From an uncultured archaeon (GTDB lineage: Archaea; Altiarchaeota; Altiarchaeia; IMC4; SCGC-AAA252-I15): a stretch of DNA of 23,887 nt. The notes beneath the pieces are model-generated. The model was not told the origin of the DNA, did no database searches, and worked only from the letters and a program-made list of their open reading frames with translations. Positions 15,705-23,887 of this stretch are shown here, piece by piece (position 1 is the first letter of the stretch; every line of letters starts with the position of its first letter). Location: NCBI GenBank assembly GCA_964587725.1, contig CAZPLO010000012.1, forward strand, positions 1 to 23,887, given 5' to 3'. The position numbers and the translations under genes are program-made.

Positions 15705-15980
15705 ATGAAAGTGCAGGATTTAAGGGATAGGACACCGGTTGAAGAGATCGTTTTGGAGATCACGGAAGTCAGGGAGCCCAGCGACACCCGCGTGGGCCTG
15801 GTTCAGCAGGCGGACGCCAAAGACGACACAGGCACCGTCACCATCACCCTGTGGACGGAAGACGTCGACAAATACGCGGTCGGCGACACCGTGAAGATAA
15901 CCAAGGGCTGGTGCAAGGAATACCAGGGCCAGCTTCAAGTCTCATCCGGGAAGTTCGGCTCCATAGAGAAGGTCGAATAG
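15705..15980 (+). CDS. Single OB-fold ssDNA-binding protein (SSB/RPA-like)
   Basis: MKVQDL...KDDTGTVTITLW..D.....GDTVKITKGW.KEYQGQLQVS.GKFGSIE. TTTTATAAAA lies about 30 nt upstream of ATG 15705. Confidence 0.88.
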   Translation: MKVQDLRDRTPVEEIVLEITEVREPSDTRVGLVQQADAKDDTGTVTITLWTEDVDKYAVGDTVKITKGWCKEYQGQLQVSSGKFGSIEKVE

Positions 15981-15981
15981 G

Positions 15982-16170
15982 TTATTCAGTGAAGGTTCTT
16001 CCCTCGGGGGTGACGCACTGACGGGGGCAGCCCATGCAGTCGGGGTAAAGTATTTCATACCCCGCCTCCACGCATTCTTCAAAAGTATCCACTGAAGCGT
16101 CTTGGAGGATAATCCACGCCGCCAACGCCACAGCAAGCAGCACAGCCAGCACCTTATGTTCTTCCCTCAT
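15982..16170 (-). CDS. Small membrane-anchored protein with a FEEC..AG...PRQC...G.TF.E domain
   Basis: N-terminal TM followed by TFEECVEAGYEILYPDCMGCPRQCVTPEGRTFTE. It is 1 bp downstream of the ABC-2 permease. Confidence 0.75.
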   Translation of the reverse strand: MREEHKVLAVLLAVALAAWIILQDASVDTFEECVEAGYEILYPDCMGCPRQCVTPEGRTFTE

Positions 16171-16171
16171 C

Positions 16172-16918
16172 CTACACCTGTATGTCCGAAAACAGTTTAG
16201 CGCCCGCCAGGTTCATGAACGCGGCAGCCAACACCAGCACCGCCAGGTCGACAGGTATCGAATACGTTACCACTCCCGTCAAAGAAGCCCTCAACCCGTC
16301 GACCCCGTATGACAGCGGGTTCAACGCCACCACAGTCTTCATCAGGGGGTGGATGTCCTGCACGGGAAACAATGCGCCGGAGAGGAAGAACATGGGCATG
16401 ATGATGAAGTTCATTATCATCGGGAACGCCTGCATGTCCTCTATCTTCGAAGCGATTGCGGTGCCGAACGCGGTCAGCATCAACGCTATCAAAAACATGA
16501 ACGCCGCCGCAGGTATCAACGCCGGCCAGCTGACCGGCCGAAACCCTATTAGCAACGTTATCGTGAACACCAAGAACCCCTGAGCCAACCCTATGGTTGC
16601 GCCGCCCAACGTGCGGCCGAGCATGATGTGCGTCCGCGGAATCGGAGCCACTAGCGTCTCCTTCAGGAACCCGAACTTCCGATCCCACACCACCTCTATG
16701 CCCGTGAACATGGACGTGAACATAATGGTCATCACGATTATCCCCGGCGCCAGAAACTGTATGTAGTCACCTGCCCCCGCTTTCTCGAACACGGGGTTGA
16801 ATCCGAAGCCGAACGCCACCAGGAACAGAACAGCCTGCCCCAGCGAACCTATAAGCCGCGACTTGGAGCGCCAGTAGCGTTTCAGCTGCCGCAGCCACAT
16901 TATGTAGATGACTTTCAC
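16172..16918 (-). CDS. ABC-2 type transporter permease
   Basis: About 6 TM; YIQFLAPGII, DRKFGFLKETLVAPI, FFLSGALFP and NPLSYGVDGLR. Confidence 0.94.
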   Translation of the reverse strand: MKVIYIMWLRQLKRYWRSKSRLIGSLGQAVLFLVAFGFGFNPVFEKAGAGDYIQFLAPGIIVMTIMFTSMFTGIEVVWDRKFGFLKETLVAPIPRTHIMLGRTLGGATIGLAQGFLVFTITLLIGFRPVSWPALIPAAAFMFLIALMLTAFGTAIASKIEDMQAFPMIMNFIIMPMFFLSGALFPVQDIHPLMKTVVALNPLSYGVDGLRASLTGVVTYSIPVDLAVLVLAAAFMNLAGAKLFSDIQV

Positions 16919-17706
16919 CTCCGAATCCTCCTCCGCAGCCGCATCCTGTCCAAGGAGGTGGCGTTTTCGTCGCGTATGGAGCGGCCCGTCAGCTGTAGGA
17001 AAGCCTCCTCCAGCGACTCCGCCCCGGCTTCCTCCTTCACCTCGTCCACGGTGCCGGACGCTATTATGCGGCCGCGGTCTATGACCGCCACCCTACCTGC
17101 AACTTCCTCGGCCTCTGGCATGTAGTGTGTGGTGAAGAAGATTGTCATGTCTTCCTCGCGGTTGAGCTGTAGGATGTGCTGCCAGATGCTGTTGCGGGTC
17201 TGCGGGTCCAACCCCAGCGTGGGCTCGTCCAAAAACAGTAGGGTGGGGTGGTGGATGAGGCCGCGGGCTATCTCCAGCCTCCTCTTCATGCCGCCGGAGA
17301 ATGTTTTCACGTAATCGTTGCGTCGCTCCCAGAGGTCGACCATCTCCAGCAACGCCTTAATCCTCTTCTTCCTCTCCGCTCGGGGGACATTATACAGTAC
17401 GCCGTGAAACTCCATGTTCTCGTACGCGGTGAGCTCTTCGTCGACGCTCTGGTCCTGGAACACTATCCCAAACGACTTCCGGACCTCGTCCTTCTGCCGC
17501 AGTATGTCGAAGCCGTTCACGTACGCTTCACCTGCCGTGGGCTTCAGCAGCGTCGTCAGCACCTTGATGGTGGTGGACTTGCCCGCGCCGTTCGGCCCCA
17601 GAAACGCGAACACCTCCCCCGGCTTCACAGTAAAGGACACGTCGTCTACTGCGGTGAGGCCGTTGAAATGCTTGGTCAAACCCCTGACATCCAGCACGGA
17701 ATCCAT
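16915..17706 (-). CDS. ABC transporter ATP-binding protein (DrrA-like)
   Basis: GPNGAGKST, FSGGMKRRL, LFLDEPTLGLDP and TTHYM. Confidence 0.95.
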   Translation of the reverse strand: MDSVLDVRGLTKHFNGLTAVDDVSFTVKPGEVFAFLGPNGAGKSTTIKVLTTLLKPTAGEAYVNGFDILRQKDEVRKSFGIVFQDQSVDEELTAYENMEFHGVLYNVPRAERKKRIKALLEMVDLWERRNDYVKTFSGGMKRRLEIARGLIHHPTLLFLDEPTLGLDPQTRNSIWQHILQLNREEDMTIFFTTHYMPEAEEVAGRVAVIDRGRIIASGTVDEVKEEAGAESLEEAFLQLTGRSIRDENATSLDRMRLRRRIRR

Positions 17707-17738
17707 GGTGGTTTCAAAGACATAGGAGACCCGCGCTT

Positions 17739-18416
17739 TTAAACCATCCTGCCGTCCACCAACTCTATGGTGCGGGGTGCGTTGTCGGCTATGCGGGGGT
17801 CGTGGGTGACCACCACCAGGGTCTTGTTCTCGGCTGAGTTCAAAGTCTTCAGCAGCTTCATTATCGTCTCCCCGGTTTTTGTGTCTAGGTTGCCGGTGGG
17901 CTCGTCAGCCAGTATTATCTGCGGGTCGTTGGCGAGTGAACGTGCCACGGCGATTCGCTGCTGTTCGCCGCCGCTCAGCTGGTTGGGGCGGTTCCCGCCT
18001 TTGCCCCCCAGCCCCACTATCTCAAGTATCTCCCGCACCTGTTTCTTCCGCCTGTCGTGTGGTACGCCCTTGAACCTCATCGGCAGTTCGACGTTTTCGA
18101 ACGCTGTCATGGTGGGTATGAGGTTGAACTGCTGGAACACGAACCCCAGCTTCTCACGCCGCAGACGAGCCTTCGCTGTAGCGTTCAACCCGCTGATGCC
18201 CACGCCCTCGATATACACTTCCCCTTCCGTGGGGGTGTCCAAGCAGCTTATCAGGTTCAGGAGCGTGGATTTGCCGCTGCCCGACGGCCCGATGAGGCTG
18301 ACATACTCTCCCAACTCTATGGTCAAGTCGACGCCCTTCAGCGCCCTGCACTCGTTGGGGCGGCCGGGGTTATATACCTTCACCAGGCGTTCACACCGTA
18401 TTTCCCCGTCACTCAT
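17739..18416 (-). CDS. ABC transporter ATP-binding protein (LolD/MacB-like)
   Basis: GPSGSGKST, GFVFQQFNL, LSGGEQQR, ILADEPTGNLD and VTHD. Confidence 0.95.
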   Translation of the reverse strand: MSDGEIRCERLVKVYNPGRPNECRALKGVDLTIELGEYVSLIGPSGSGKSTLLNLISCLDTPTEGEVYIEGVGISGLNATAKARLRREKLGFVFQQFNLIPTMTAFENVELPMRFKGVPHDRRKKQVREILEIVGLGGKGGNRPNQLSGGEQQRIAVARSLANDPQIILADEPTGNLDTKTGETIMKLLKTLNSAENKTLVVVTHDPRIADNAPRTIELVDGRMV

Positions 18417-19575
18417 AGCGCAGCACCTCTATGGGGTCCAGCTGCGACGCAGCGTATGCGGGGTAGAGGCCGGCACCCATCCCCAGTATCACTGAGAACC
18501 CGAAGCCTAACGCTATGAGCTCCGGCGTCATCACCGGATTGAATGTGGAGTAGCTGCGGACCATGCCCGTCGCCAGGTAACCCAGCATGAAGCCCGCCGC
18601 CCCCCCTATGAGGCTGAGGACCGCGGACTCCTGGAGCACCTGCATGAGTATGTTGTTGGTTGTGGCTCCGATGGCCTTCATCACCCCTATTTCGCGGCGG
18701 CGCTCCATCACGCTCATTATCATAGTGTTCATAATGCCTATGCCGCCGACTATTATGCTTATCGCGCCTATCCCCAGCACCGCCATCGTTATCGTCCCCA
18801 ACGTACTCTCCAGCTGCCTCACTATGGTGAGGGGGGAGAATGCGCGGAGGCTGTCGTCGACGTCGTTTATGTCCTGGGTTATGGACTCCACCCGGCTTAT
18901 GTCGTCGAGCTTAACCTTCAGCTGCGATATGGTGTAGTCGTCTTCAAGCTCCTGCATCGTCGACAGCGGCACAAATGCGGAGCCGTCGACGTCGGAGTCG
19001 CCGGCCTCCTCAAGTATTCCAATGACCTCGAAGTAGAAGCTGTCTGTTGTGTCGTCCTCCGTCCTCTGGTACTCTATTTCGTCGCCGACGTTCAGCAGCT
19101 GAGACTCCGCCAGGGAACTCCCAAGGAGTACGGCGTATTGGCCGTCGTCGCCGCTGTCGAGTTTACGGCCCTCTTCAGCGACGATGTCCTCCCCTATTAA
19201 GTAGTCCTGGTCGTCGGGGTTCAACCCCGTGAACATTATGTTCGAGGCGCCGCCGAACCCCCTGAACATTGCGCCGCCGAACCCCTTCATGCCTCCGCGG
19301 GTTATCCTGTATTCGCCGATGGCGACGACGTCGGTTACGCCGGGGATGTCCCGTATCTCATCCGTCATGTCGTCGGTTATCCCGTCCTCGCTGTCGGAGG
19401 AGCTGACGTCTATTACTGCTGCTATGTTGCCGAATGACTGCTGTATCTGCCGGTTCAAGCCCTCGCCGATGGCGCCGAGGGTGAGAATCAACCCTATCCC
19501 CATGGCTATGCCGAGGACTGTGAGGGCGCTCCTTATCTTCTGTCTGAAGACGTTCTTCAACGCAATATCCAGCAT
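18409..19575 (-). CDS. MacB/FtsX-like ABC transporter permease
   Basis: RSALTVLGIAMG, large extracytoplasmic domain, GGIGIMNTM..SV.ERRREIGVMKAIGA and YPA..AS.LDPIEVLRYE. Confidence 0.94.
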   Translation of the reverse strand: MLDIALKNVFRQKIRSALTVLGIAMGIGLILTLGAIGEGLNRQIQQSFGNIAAVIDVSSSDSEDGITDDMTDEIRDIPGVTDVVAIGEYRITRGGMKGFGGAMFRGFGGASNIMFTGLNPDDQDYLIGEDIVAEEGRKLDSGDDGQYAVLLGSSLAESQLLNVGDEIEYQRTEDDTTDSFYFEVIGILEEAGDSDVDGSAFVPLSTMQELEDDYTISQLKVKLDDISRVESITQDINDVDDSLRAFSPLTIVRQLESTLGTITMAVLGIGAISIIVGGIGIMNTMIMSVMERRREIGVMKAIGATTNNILMQVLQESAVLSLIGGAAGFMLGYLATGMVRSYSTFNPVMTPELIALGFGFSVILGMGAGLYPAYAASQLDPIEVLRYE

Positions 19576-19578
19576 TTT

Positions 19579-21270
19579 CTACTCAGGCACGTCTCTGCCC
19601 AGTTTCCTGGCCAGGTAGGCTGGGACGACGCTCTTCTTCCTGTATTTCCGGTAGACAGTCCACAGAGCCAGTAACACGACGGCGTAGAGGAGGTACTGCA
19701 GCAGGCTGGTGCCGCCCCTGGAAACCCTCGACGACGAGAACGCGGTGAACCCTCCGCTGCTTCCGACCGTGAAGCGCTCGACCTGCGTCACGCGCTCGTT
19801 GTTCAATCCCGCATACTCCAGGGTCAATGTGACGGGGCCGGATACGGTGGTGTCGAAGCTGAAGGTCGTCTGCTTGTTGGGTTTTATGTCCGACTTATAG
19901 GATATCAGCTGCTGCGGTTCCACGGACACGACGGACGTCTCCCCGGAGTCACTGGATGATGAGTCGCCGGTGTTCCCGCTGCCCGCCAGCATGCCGAGGG
20001 GGTTTCGGGGGCTCTTCTTCTGCGTCGACTGGAACTGCGTATCCTGCTGCCGCCTCACCGACACGTTGCCGCCAGATGTTGTTAATATAGCCTTAACGCC
20101 TTCCGCGGCCCTGGTGCCGATGTTGGCGACGTCAATCCTCAGGGAACCAGATGTCTGCTCGACGGATATGACCTCCAACATTACTTGGCCGCTGACATCC
20201 AATCCTATGTTTTTTTCCACGCTGTAGGATGTGCCGCCGACCTTGTAGTCCACCGTCAACGGTATGGAATAGGATTTTATCTCCGCGTCCCAGCTCACCG
20301 CAACATTGAATGTGACGTCCACGGTCCGCCCCGCCGCGACGGAGCCGACGTATTTCTCCGACGTGTCCACCGGCACGAACGGCTCGGACAGCGACAGGCT
20401 TAGGGTGGTGTCCTGGGAGGCGGCCTTGCCGACATTCTCCAAACTCACGTTCAACACCGCCTTCTCCCCCGGCCCCGTGGGGGCGTAGTCTATTTGAACG
20501 ACCTTGAAGTCCACGCCCGCAGCCTCCACATTCAACCCGATGGTGATGTTGTCCGACGCCGACGAACCGGACTCGTCCACGTAATCCATCTTAAGGTATA
20601 CGGGACACGCACCCTCCGCAGACGGCTTAACCTGGTAGGTTATGTTGAATCCCTGGTCTGCGCTGAGGCCCCCCACATACTGTCTTGATGAGCCCATGAC
20701 CGTGAGACACGATGAAGACAGCGTCGTCTTAAGGTCTTTGACTGAGTTGAGTAAGACGCCGTCAAGCCTTAAATCCCCGATGTTGTCTTTGTAGTAGGTC
20801 GTCTGCGACGGAGTTATCTGGAACGACGGGTTGCCGTAGACCCTCAACGGCACATCCCAGGTGGTCAGCTCGTTGTTCAACCTGACGCCGGCGTAGTTGT
20901 AGCCGTCGTAGCTTATCCTCACGTTGACGGCGGTCAACCCGGTTTTTGCGTTGGGGTCGACCCTCACTGTAACGGGTATGCCTTTGGAGTCGCCGGGGTC
21001 GAGGGCGCCGACGTAGAATCTGCGGTCGACGTGGACGGACCCGGCGCTGGGGACATGTACTTCAACGTCTTCCGCGCGCCTGCCGCCGGTGTTCTTTATC
21101 ACCAGATTCATTATACCGCTATCCCCCACCCTCAGACTCGAGTCGAAGGATGTGCTGTCGAAGTCGACCACCACGTTCGTCGGCGAAAGCTCCGACGACG
21201 AAGTCGTAGCCGCAGACGCCATGCTGGCCAGCAAAAACAAAACCGTTAAACCCGTTAAACCCTGCTTCAT
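19579..21270 (-). CDS. COG1361 S-layer-family (CARDB-like) membrane-anchored protein
   Basis: Signal peptide from ATG 21270 (GGTAGG upstream); repeated beta-sandwich units (IKNTG..AEDV, LENVG..., VANIG..AEGV); C-terminal TM plus basic tail; adjacent to the MacB-type ABC genes. Confidence 0.85.
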   Translation of the reverse strand: MKQGLTGLTVLFLLASMASAATTSSSELSPTNVVVDFDSTSFDSSLRVGDSGIMNLVIKNTGGRRAEDVEVHVPSAGSVHVDRRFYVGALDPGDSKGIPVTVRVDPNAKTGLTAVNVRISYDGYNYAGVRLNNELTTWDVPLRVYGNPSFQITPSQTTYYKDNIGDLRLDGVLLNSVKDLKTTLSSSCLTVMGSSRQYVGGLSADQGFNITYQVKPSAEGACPVYLKMDYVDESGSSASDNITIGLNVEAAGVDFKVVQIDYAPTGPGEKAVLNVSLENVGKAASQDTTLSLSLSEPFVPVDTSEKYVGSVAAGRTVDVTFNVAVSWDAEIKSYSIPLTVDYKVGGTSYSVEKNIGLDVSGQVMLEVISVEQTSGSLRIDVANIGTRAAEGVKAILTTSGGNVSVRRQQDTQFQSTQKKSPRNPLGMLAGSGNTGDSSSSDSGETSVVSVEPQQLISYKSDIKPNKQTTFSFDTTVSGPVTLTLEYAGLNNERVTQVERFTVGSSGGFTAFSSSRVSRGGTSLLQYLLYAVVLLALWTVYRKYRKKSVVPAYLARKLGRDVPE

Positions 21271-21314
21271 CCTACCATACCTCTCCGAACACATGCGTTA
21301 TATGCGCTTAAACC

Positions 21315-21370
21315 CCGACCAATGTGCCGGGCGGCATCCCCAAATGCCGCCCAGCCTGTGTGGTGGTCGG
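21315..21370 (-). terminator. Extended GC-rich hairpin just 3' of the 21383-21760 gene
   Basis: Inner GGGCGGCAT (21329-21337)/ATGCCGCCC (21344-21352) perfect 9-bp stem; outer CCGACCA (21315-21321)/TGGTCGG (21364-21370). Confidence 0.55.
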
Positions 21371-21382
21371 TCCTGGTTTAGT

Positions 21383-21760
21383 CTACCTCCAACCCACTCC
21401 CCTGAACCCGGAGCCCATCCTGCGGGGGCATCCTCCGGCGCCGGCTTCGTCGCCGAGCTCCTGAATCCGCTCCCGCACCCTGGCCTGCACAGCCTCACGG
21501 TATTCTCCTATAGTGTCTTCCTCTGTAAGGCCGAGGTCCTTGAGGTGCTTCTGCCAGCGGGCCTGCATCACCTCCTCTCTAGAGGCGTTTTCCAGTAGGC
21601 CTAGTTCCTCCATCAACTCAGCCTTGGCTTCTGGGGAGAATCCCCCTGTATGCCCGATGCCTCTGCGGAAGCCTCCGAAGCCGTCCGCCAGGGCGTACCC
21701 TGTGAAAGCCAACAACACCAACAGCGCCGAAGCGCCCAAAACCACTTTTTTCCAGTTCAT
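21383..21760 (-). CDS. Exported helical hypothetical protein with Gly/Arg-rich ends
   Basis: Signal peptide ending in ALA; two E/K..LGL.E repeats; GFGGFRRG and MGSGFRG tails. Confidence 0.75.
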   Translation of the reverse strand: MNWKKVVLGASALLVLLAFTGYALADGFGGFRRGIGHTGGFSPEAKAELMEELGLLENASREEVMQARWQKHLKDLGLTEEDTIGEYREAVQARVRERIQELGDEAGAGGCPRRMGSGFRGVGWR

Positions 21761-21800
21761 TTCATTCCACTCCGGGCTATTGCGCCCGCGAAGTTATTGT

Positions 21801-21900
21801 GTGAAACATTCGATAAGGTTTTCCTGTAACCGAAGTGAAACGGTTGAAACGGTTTATAAAGGCGTGCTGATACAGTATGTTACACGAAACAGTATGTAAC
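21801..21900. promoter_or_regulatory. Divergent promoter region with repeated TG(A/T)AAC boxes and a TATA box
   Basis: TGWAAC at 21802, 21825, 21836, 21845 and 21895; inverted GTTACA-N10-TGTAAC (21879-21900); TTTATAAA at 21853-21860. Confidence 0.6.
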
Positions 21901-21901
21901 G

Positions 21902-22465
21902 ATGAGGAAGTATAACGCGTTGATGGTCGCGTCCTTCACATACGGAGGATTCATGATAATAGTGTATTTTCTCCTGGTTTACTCCGCCGTCTGGGGTAGC
22001 GCCTTTACAGAGGAACCAGGGAACACCAGCTTCAACCGAACCCTGGAGATGCCCAGAGGCCCCAACACCGGGGACTGGGCTTCAGCCCGCCTGCCCTTCT
22101 CCCCCAGGGGTAGGGTTTCGGTGCAGAATCCGTTGGCTGCCATGACGTCGCCTGTGCCATTGGTGATACTGTTCAGCGGATTGCTGAGCATCGGCAACGG
22201 CCTAGCCCTGAGGAGCCTGGTTCAGAAGAAGGAGGTGGAGAGGGTCAAGGTCGACCTCCGGTCGAAGTATCTGACGCCGGATGAGAAACATGCTATCGGG
22301 GAGCTGGAGAAAAACGGCGGGGAGCTCCTGCAGAAGGAGTTAGGTTACCGCCTGGACCTCAGCAGGGTTAAAGTCCACCGTATAATACAGAAGCTGGAGG
22401 ACAAGGGTGTGGTGAAGAAGATACCGTATGGGCGCACAAACAAGATAATCTTGGACGCTGATTGA
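21902..22465 (+). CDS. Membrane-anchored winged-helix transcriptional regulator (2 TM plus C-terminal wHTH, COG2512-like)
   Basis: Two TM segments, then LTPDEK..I..L...GG.LLQKEL...LDLSRVKVHRIIQKLEDKGVVKKIPYGRTNKI. Confidence 0.85.
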   Translation: MRKYNALMVASFTYGGFMIIVYFLLVYSAVWGSAFTEEPGNTSFNRTLEMPRGPNTGDWASARLPFSPRGRVSVQNPLAAMTSPVPLVILFSGLLSIGNGLALRSLVQKKEVERVKVDLRSKYLTPDEKHAIGELEKNGGELLQKELGYRLDLSRVKVHRIIQKLEDKGVVKKIPYGRTNKIILDAD

Positions 22466-22494
22466 TTTATATTGCCGGGAGACTCTTGTTTAAC

Positions 22495-23280
22495 ATGCCT
22501 TTCGTTTACGTATTGGGCAGCGTGGTGCTGATTAGTCTGCTGTCGTTTGTGGGTGTGTTGAGTCTGGCGGTGGGGAAGCACCGGCTCCACGGGCTTCTGC
22601 TGTTGCTGGTGGCGTTCGCCTCCGGGAGTCTGCTGGCGGCGGCGTTCCTCCACATGATACCTGAGACCGTGCATGAGATAGGGGAAGTTAGTCTGTCGCT
22701 GGTGTTGGCGGGGATACTGTTGTTTTTCTTCATCGAAAAGTTCATCCACTGGCACCACTGCGGGAAGGAGGAGTGCGACATCCGCCCCGTAGCCTACCTT
22801 AACCTGCTGGGGGACGGGTTCCACAACTTCATAGACGGCGTAATAATAGCGGCTGCGTTCCTCGCCAGCGCCCCCATGGGTTTTCTCACCACCGTGGCGA
22901 TTGCGTTGCACGAGATTCCGCAGGAGTTCGGGGACTTCAGCATCCTGCTGCATTCGGGGATGAGCACCCGCAAGGCATTGGCGTACAATTTCGCCTCCGC
23001 TTCAGCGGCGGTCCTGGGAGCCGTGCTGGGGTACACGTTCCTCAGCGGACTGGAGCACATGATACCCTACGCCATAGCGGCAGCAGCCGGAGGCTTCATA
23101 TACATCGCCACCGCGGACTTGTTCCCGGAACTCCATAAGGACAAGAGAGCTGCCACGGTAGTGATGCAGTCTCTGGCGCTCCTCGCCGGAGTAATCGTGT
23201 TGGCGGTGGCGTTTCAGGCGACGCCCCACAGCCATGAAGCCGAAGTGACGCACCTGGCTGCCGCATTGTCTTGCATTTAA
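22495..23280 (+). CDS. ZIP (ZupT/GufA) family divalent metal transporter
   Basis: AFASGSLL.AAFLHMIPE, HWHHC, GDGFHNFIDG, HEIPQEFGDF and GGFIYIA.ADL.PEL. Start revised to ATG 22495, with TTTATATT upstream. Confidence 0.95.
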   Translation: MPFVYVLGSVVLISLLSFVGVLSLAVGKHRLHGLLLLLVAFASGSLLAAAFLHMIPETVHEIGEVSLSLVLAGILLFFFIEKFIHWHHCGKEECDIRPVAYLNLLGDGFHNFIDGVIIAAAFLASAPMGFLTTVAIALHEIPQEFGDFSILLHSGMSTRKALAYNFASASAAVLGAVLGYTFLSGLEHMIPYAIAAAAGGFIYIATADLFPELHKDKRAATVVMQSLALLAGVIVLAVAFQATPHSHEAEVTHLAAALSCI

Positions 23281-23312
23281 CACATTTTATTCCGTATTCC
23301 GTATCCTTGATA

Positions 23313-23887
23313 ATGGAGTCGCTGTATGACCTCAGCTACGGACTGTTCGTCGGCTCCACGGCAGGCTACTGCGGCTTCAGGAACCGGCTGAGGCTGAGCA
23401 AGTTCACCCGGCTAGTCAACCCACGGTATGGGGAACGGATTCTGGAGGTGGGTTGTAACGGGGGGAGACTCACCCGGCGGCTGGGGGAGCTCTGCGGCCA
23501 GGCCTACGGGATAGACATAAACGAGGTTCAGGTGAGGAAGCAGGGCGACAGCCGGTTCATGGTTATGGACGCCGCCGACATGGAGTTCCGGGACGGCTTC
23601 TTCGACAAAGTCTGCGCCTTCGAGGTGCTGGAGCACATCCCCGACCTGGGGAGAGTGTTCAGCGAAGTCTGCAGGGTGCTGAAGGCTGGCGGCGAATTCA
23701 TCTTCTCCTTCCCCGTGGAGGCTGTGCGGGGCCAGAACGCGGTGTTGGACGCCGTCAAAGTCTACCGGAACCCCCTGTACTTCAGGAAACTCCACGTCCA
23801 CCGCCTCACCCCCGGCAAGGTGGAGGACATGGTGGACGCGCTCCCACTCAACGTGATTGACCGGAAGATAGAGTTCATACCCTTCCC
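23313..23887 (+). CDS. Class I SAM-dependent methyltransferase (Methyltransf_11-like), 3' end beyond the window
   Basis: Manual translation from ATG 23313: ILEVGCNGG (motif I), YGIDIN, MDAADMEFRDGFFDKV, EVLEHIPD and RVLKAGG. Open to the window end and absent from the ORF track. Confidence 0.9.
   Translation, partial: MESLYDLSYGLFVGSTAGYCGFRNRLRLSKFTRLVNPRYGERILEVGCNGGRLTRRLGELCGQAYGIDINEVQVRKQGDSRFMVMDAADMEFRDGFFDKVCAFEVLEHIPDLGRVFSEVCRVLKAGGEFIFSFPVEAVRGQNAVLDAVKVYRNPLYFRKLHVHRLTPGKVEDMVDALPLNVIDRKIEFIPF

Noticed and set aside
21240-21262. CCGTTAAA duplication
   Set aside because: It encodes GLT-GLT in the signal peptide; no evidence of a separate function.
23288-23304. TATTCCG tandem repeat before the methyltransferase
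   Set aside because: Only about 2.4 copies of 7 bp; compatible with chance or promoter sequence.
285-23801. Numerous antisense or alternate-frame ORFs in the track (e.g. 2091-2756, 3868-4632, 5314-6246, 9661-10308, 17767-18495, 23412-23801)
   Set aside because: They overlap well-supported genes, have Arg/Pro/Ser-biased composition typical of GC-rich shadow frames, and show no recognisable motifs.
1-23887. Genome-wide UGA reassignment (code 4 or 25)
   Set aside because: orn, msrB and FKBP end at TGA exactly where their families end, and Trp is encoded by TGG.

Overview
Gene-dense, GC-rich chromosomal segment that looks archaeal. Evidence: TATA boxes about 25-30 nt upstream of many apparently leaderless starts, an Nre DNA-repair protein with a PCNA-interacting (PIP) tail, a COG1361 S-layer-type protein and a single-OB SSB. 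The poly-Thr and Cys-rich exported proteins suggest a DPANN/Altiarchaeota-like lineage (inference only). The left third (293-7729) is a block of exported or surface proteins: an S8 subtilase with FG-GAP repeats and a non-canonical catalytic site, a two-domain fibre-like beta protein, and a 4-gene operon encoding a membrane-anchored HEXXH metalloprotease plus three Cys-rich partners. A 330-bp intergenic region (7730-8060) holds three tandem 20-bp palindromic repeats (parS-/mini-ORB-like) and a strongly structured, possibly pseudoknotted ~110-nt element. The middle has an FMN reductase, a KaiC-like/membrane pair, a catalytically dead alpha/beta-hydrolase lipoprotein, nre, a bacterial-type orn, an ICMT-family gene, msrB, a Cys-rich gene interrupted by an in-frame TGA and missed by the ORF track, FKBP, a DEAD-box helicase and SSB. 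The right part has two ABC systems (ABC-2 and MacB-type with a COG1361 partner), a divergent membrane-anchored wHTH regulator with candidate operators, a ZIP transporter and a truncated SAM methyltransferase. No tRNA, rRNA, CRISPR array or transposase was recognised. All family assignments come from motif recognition by eye, without database searches.
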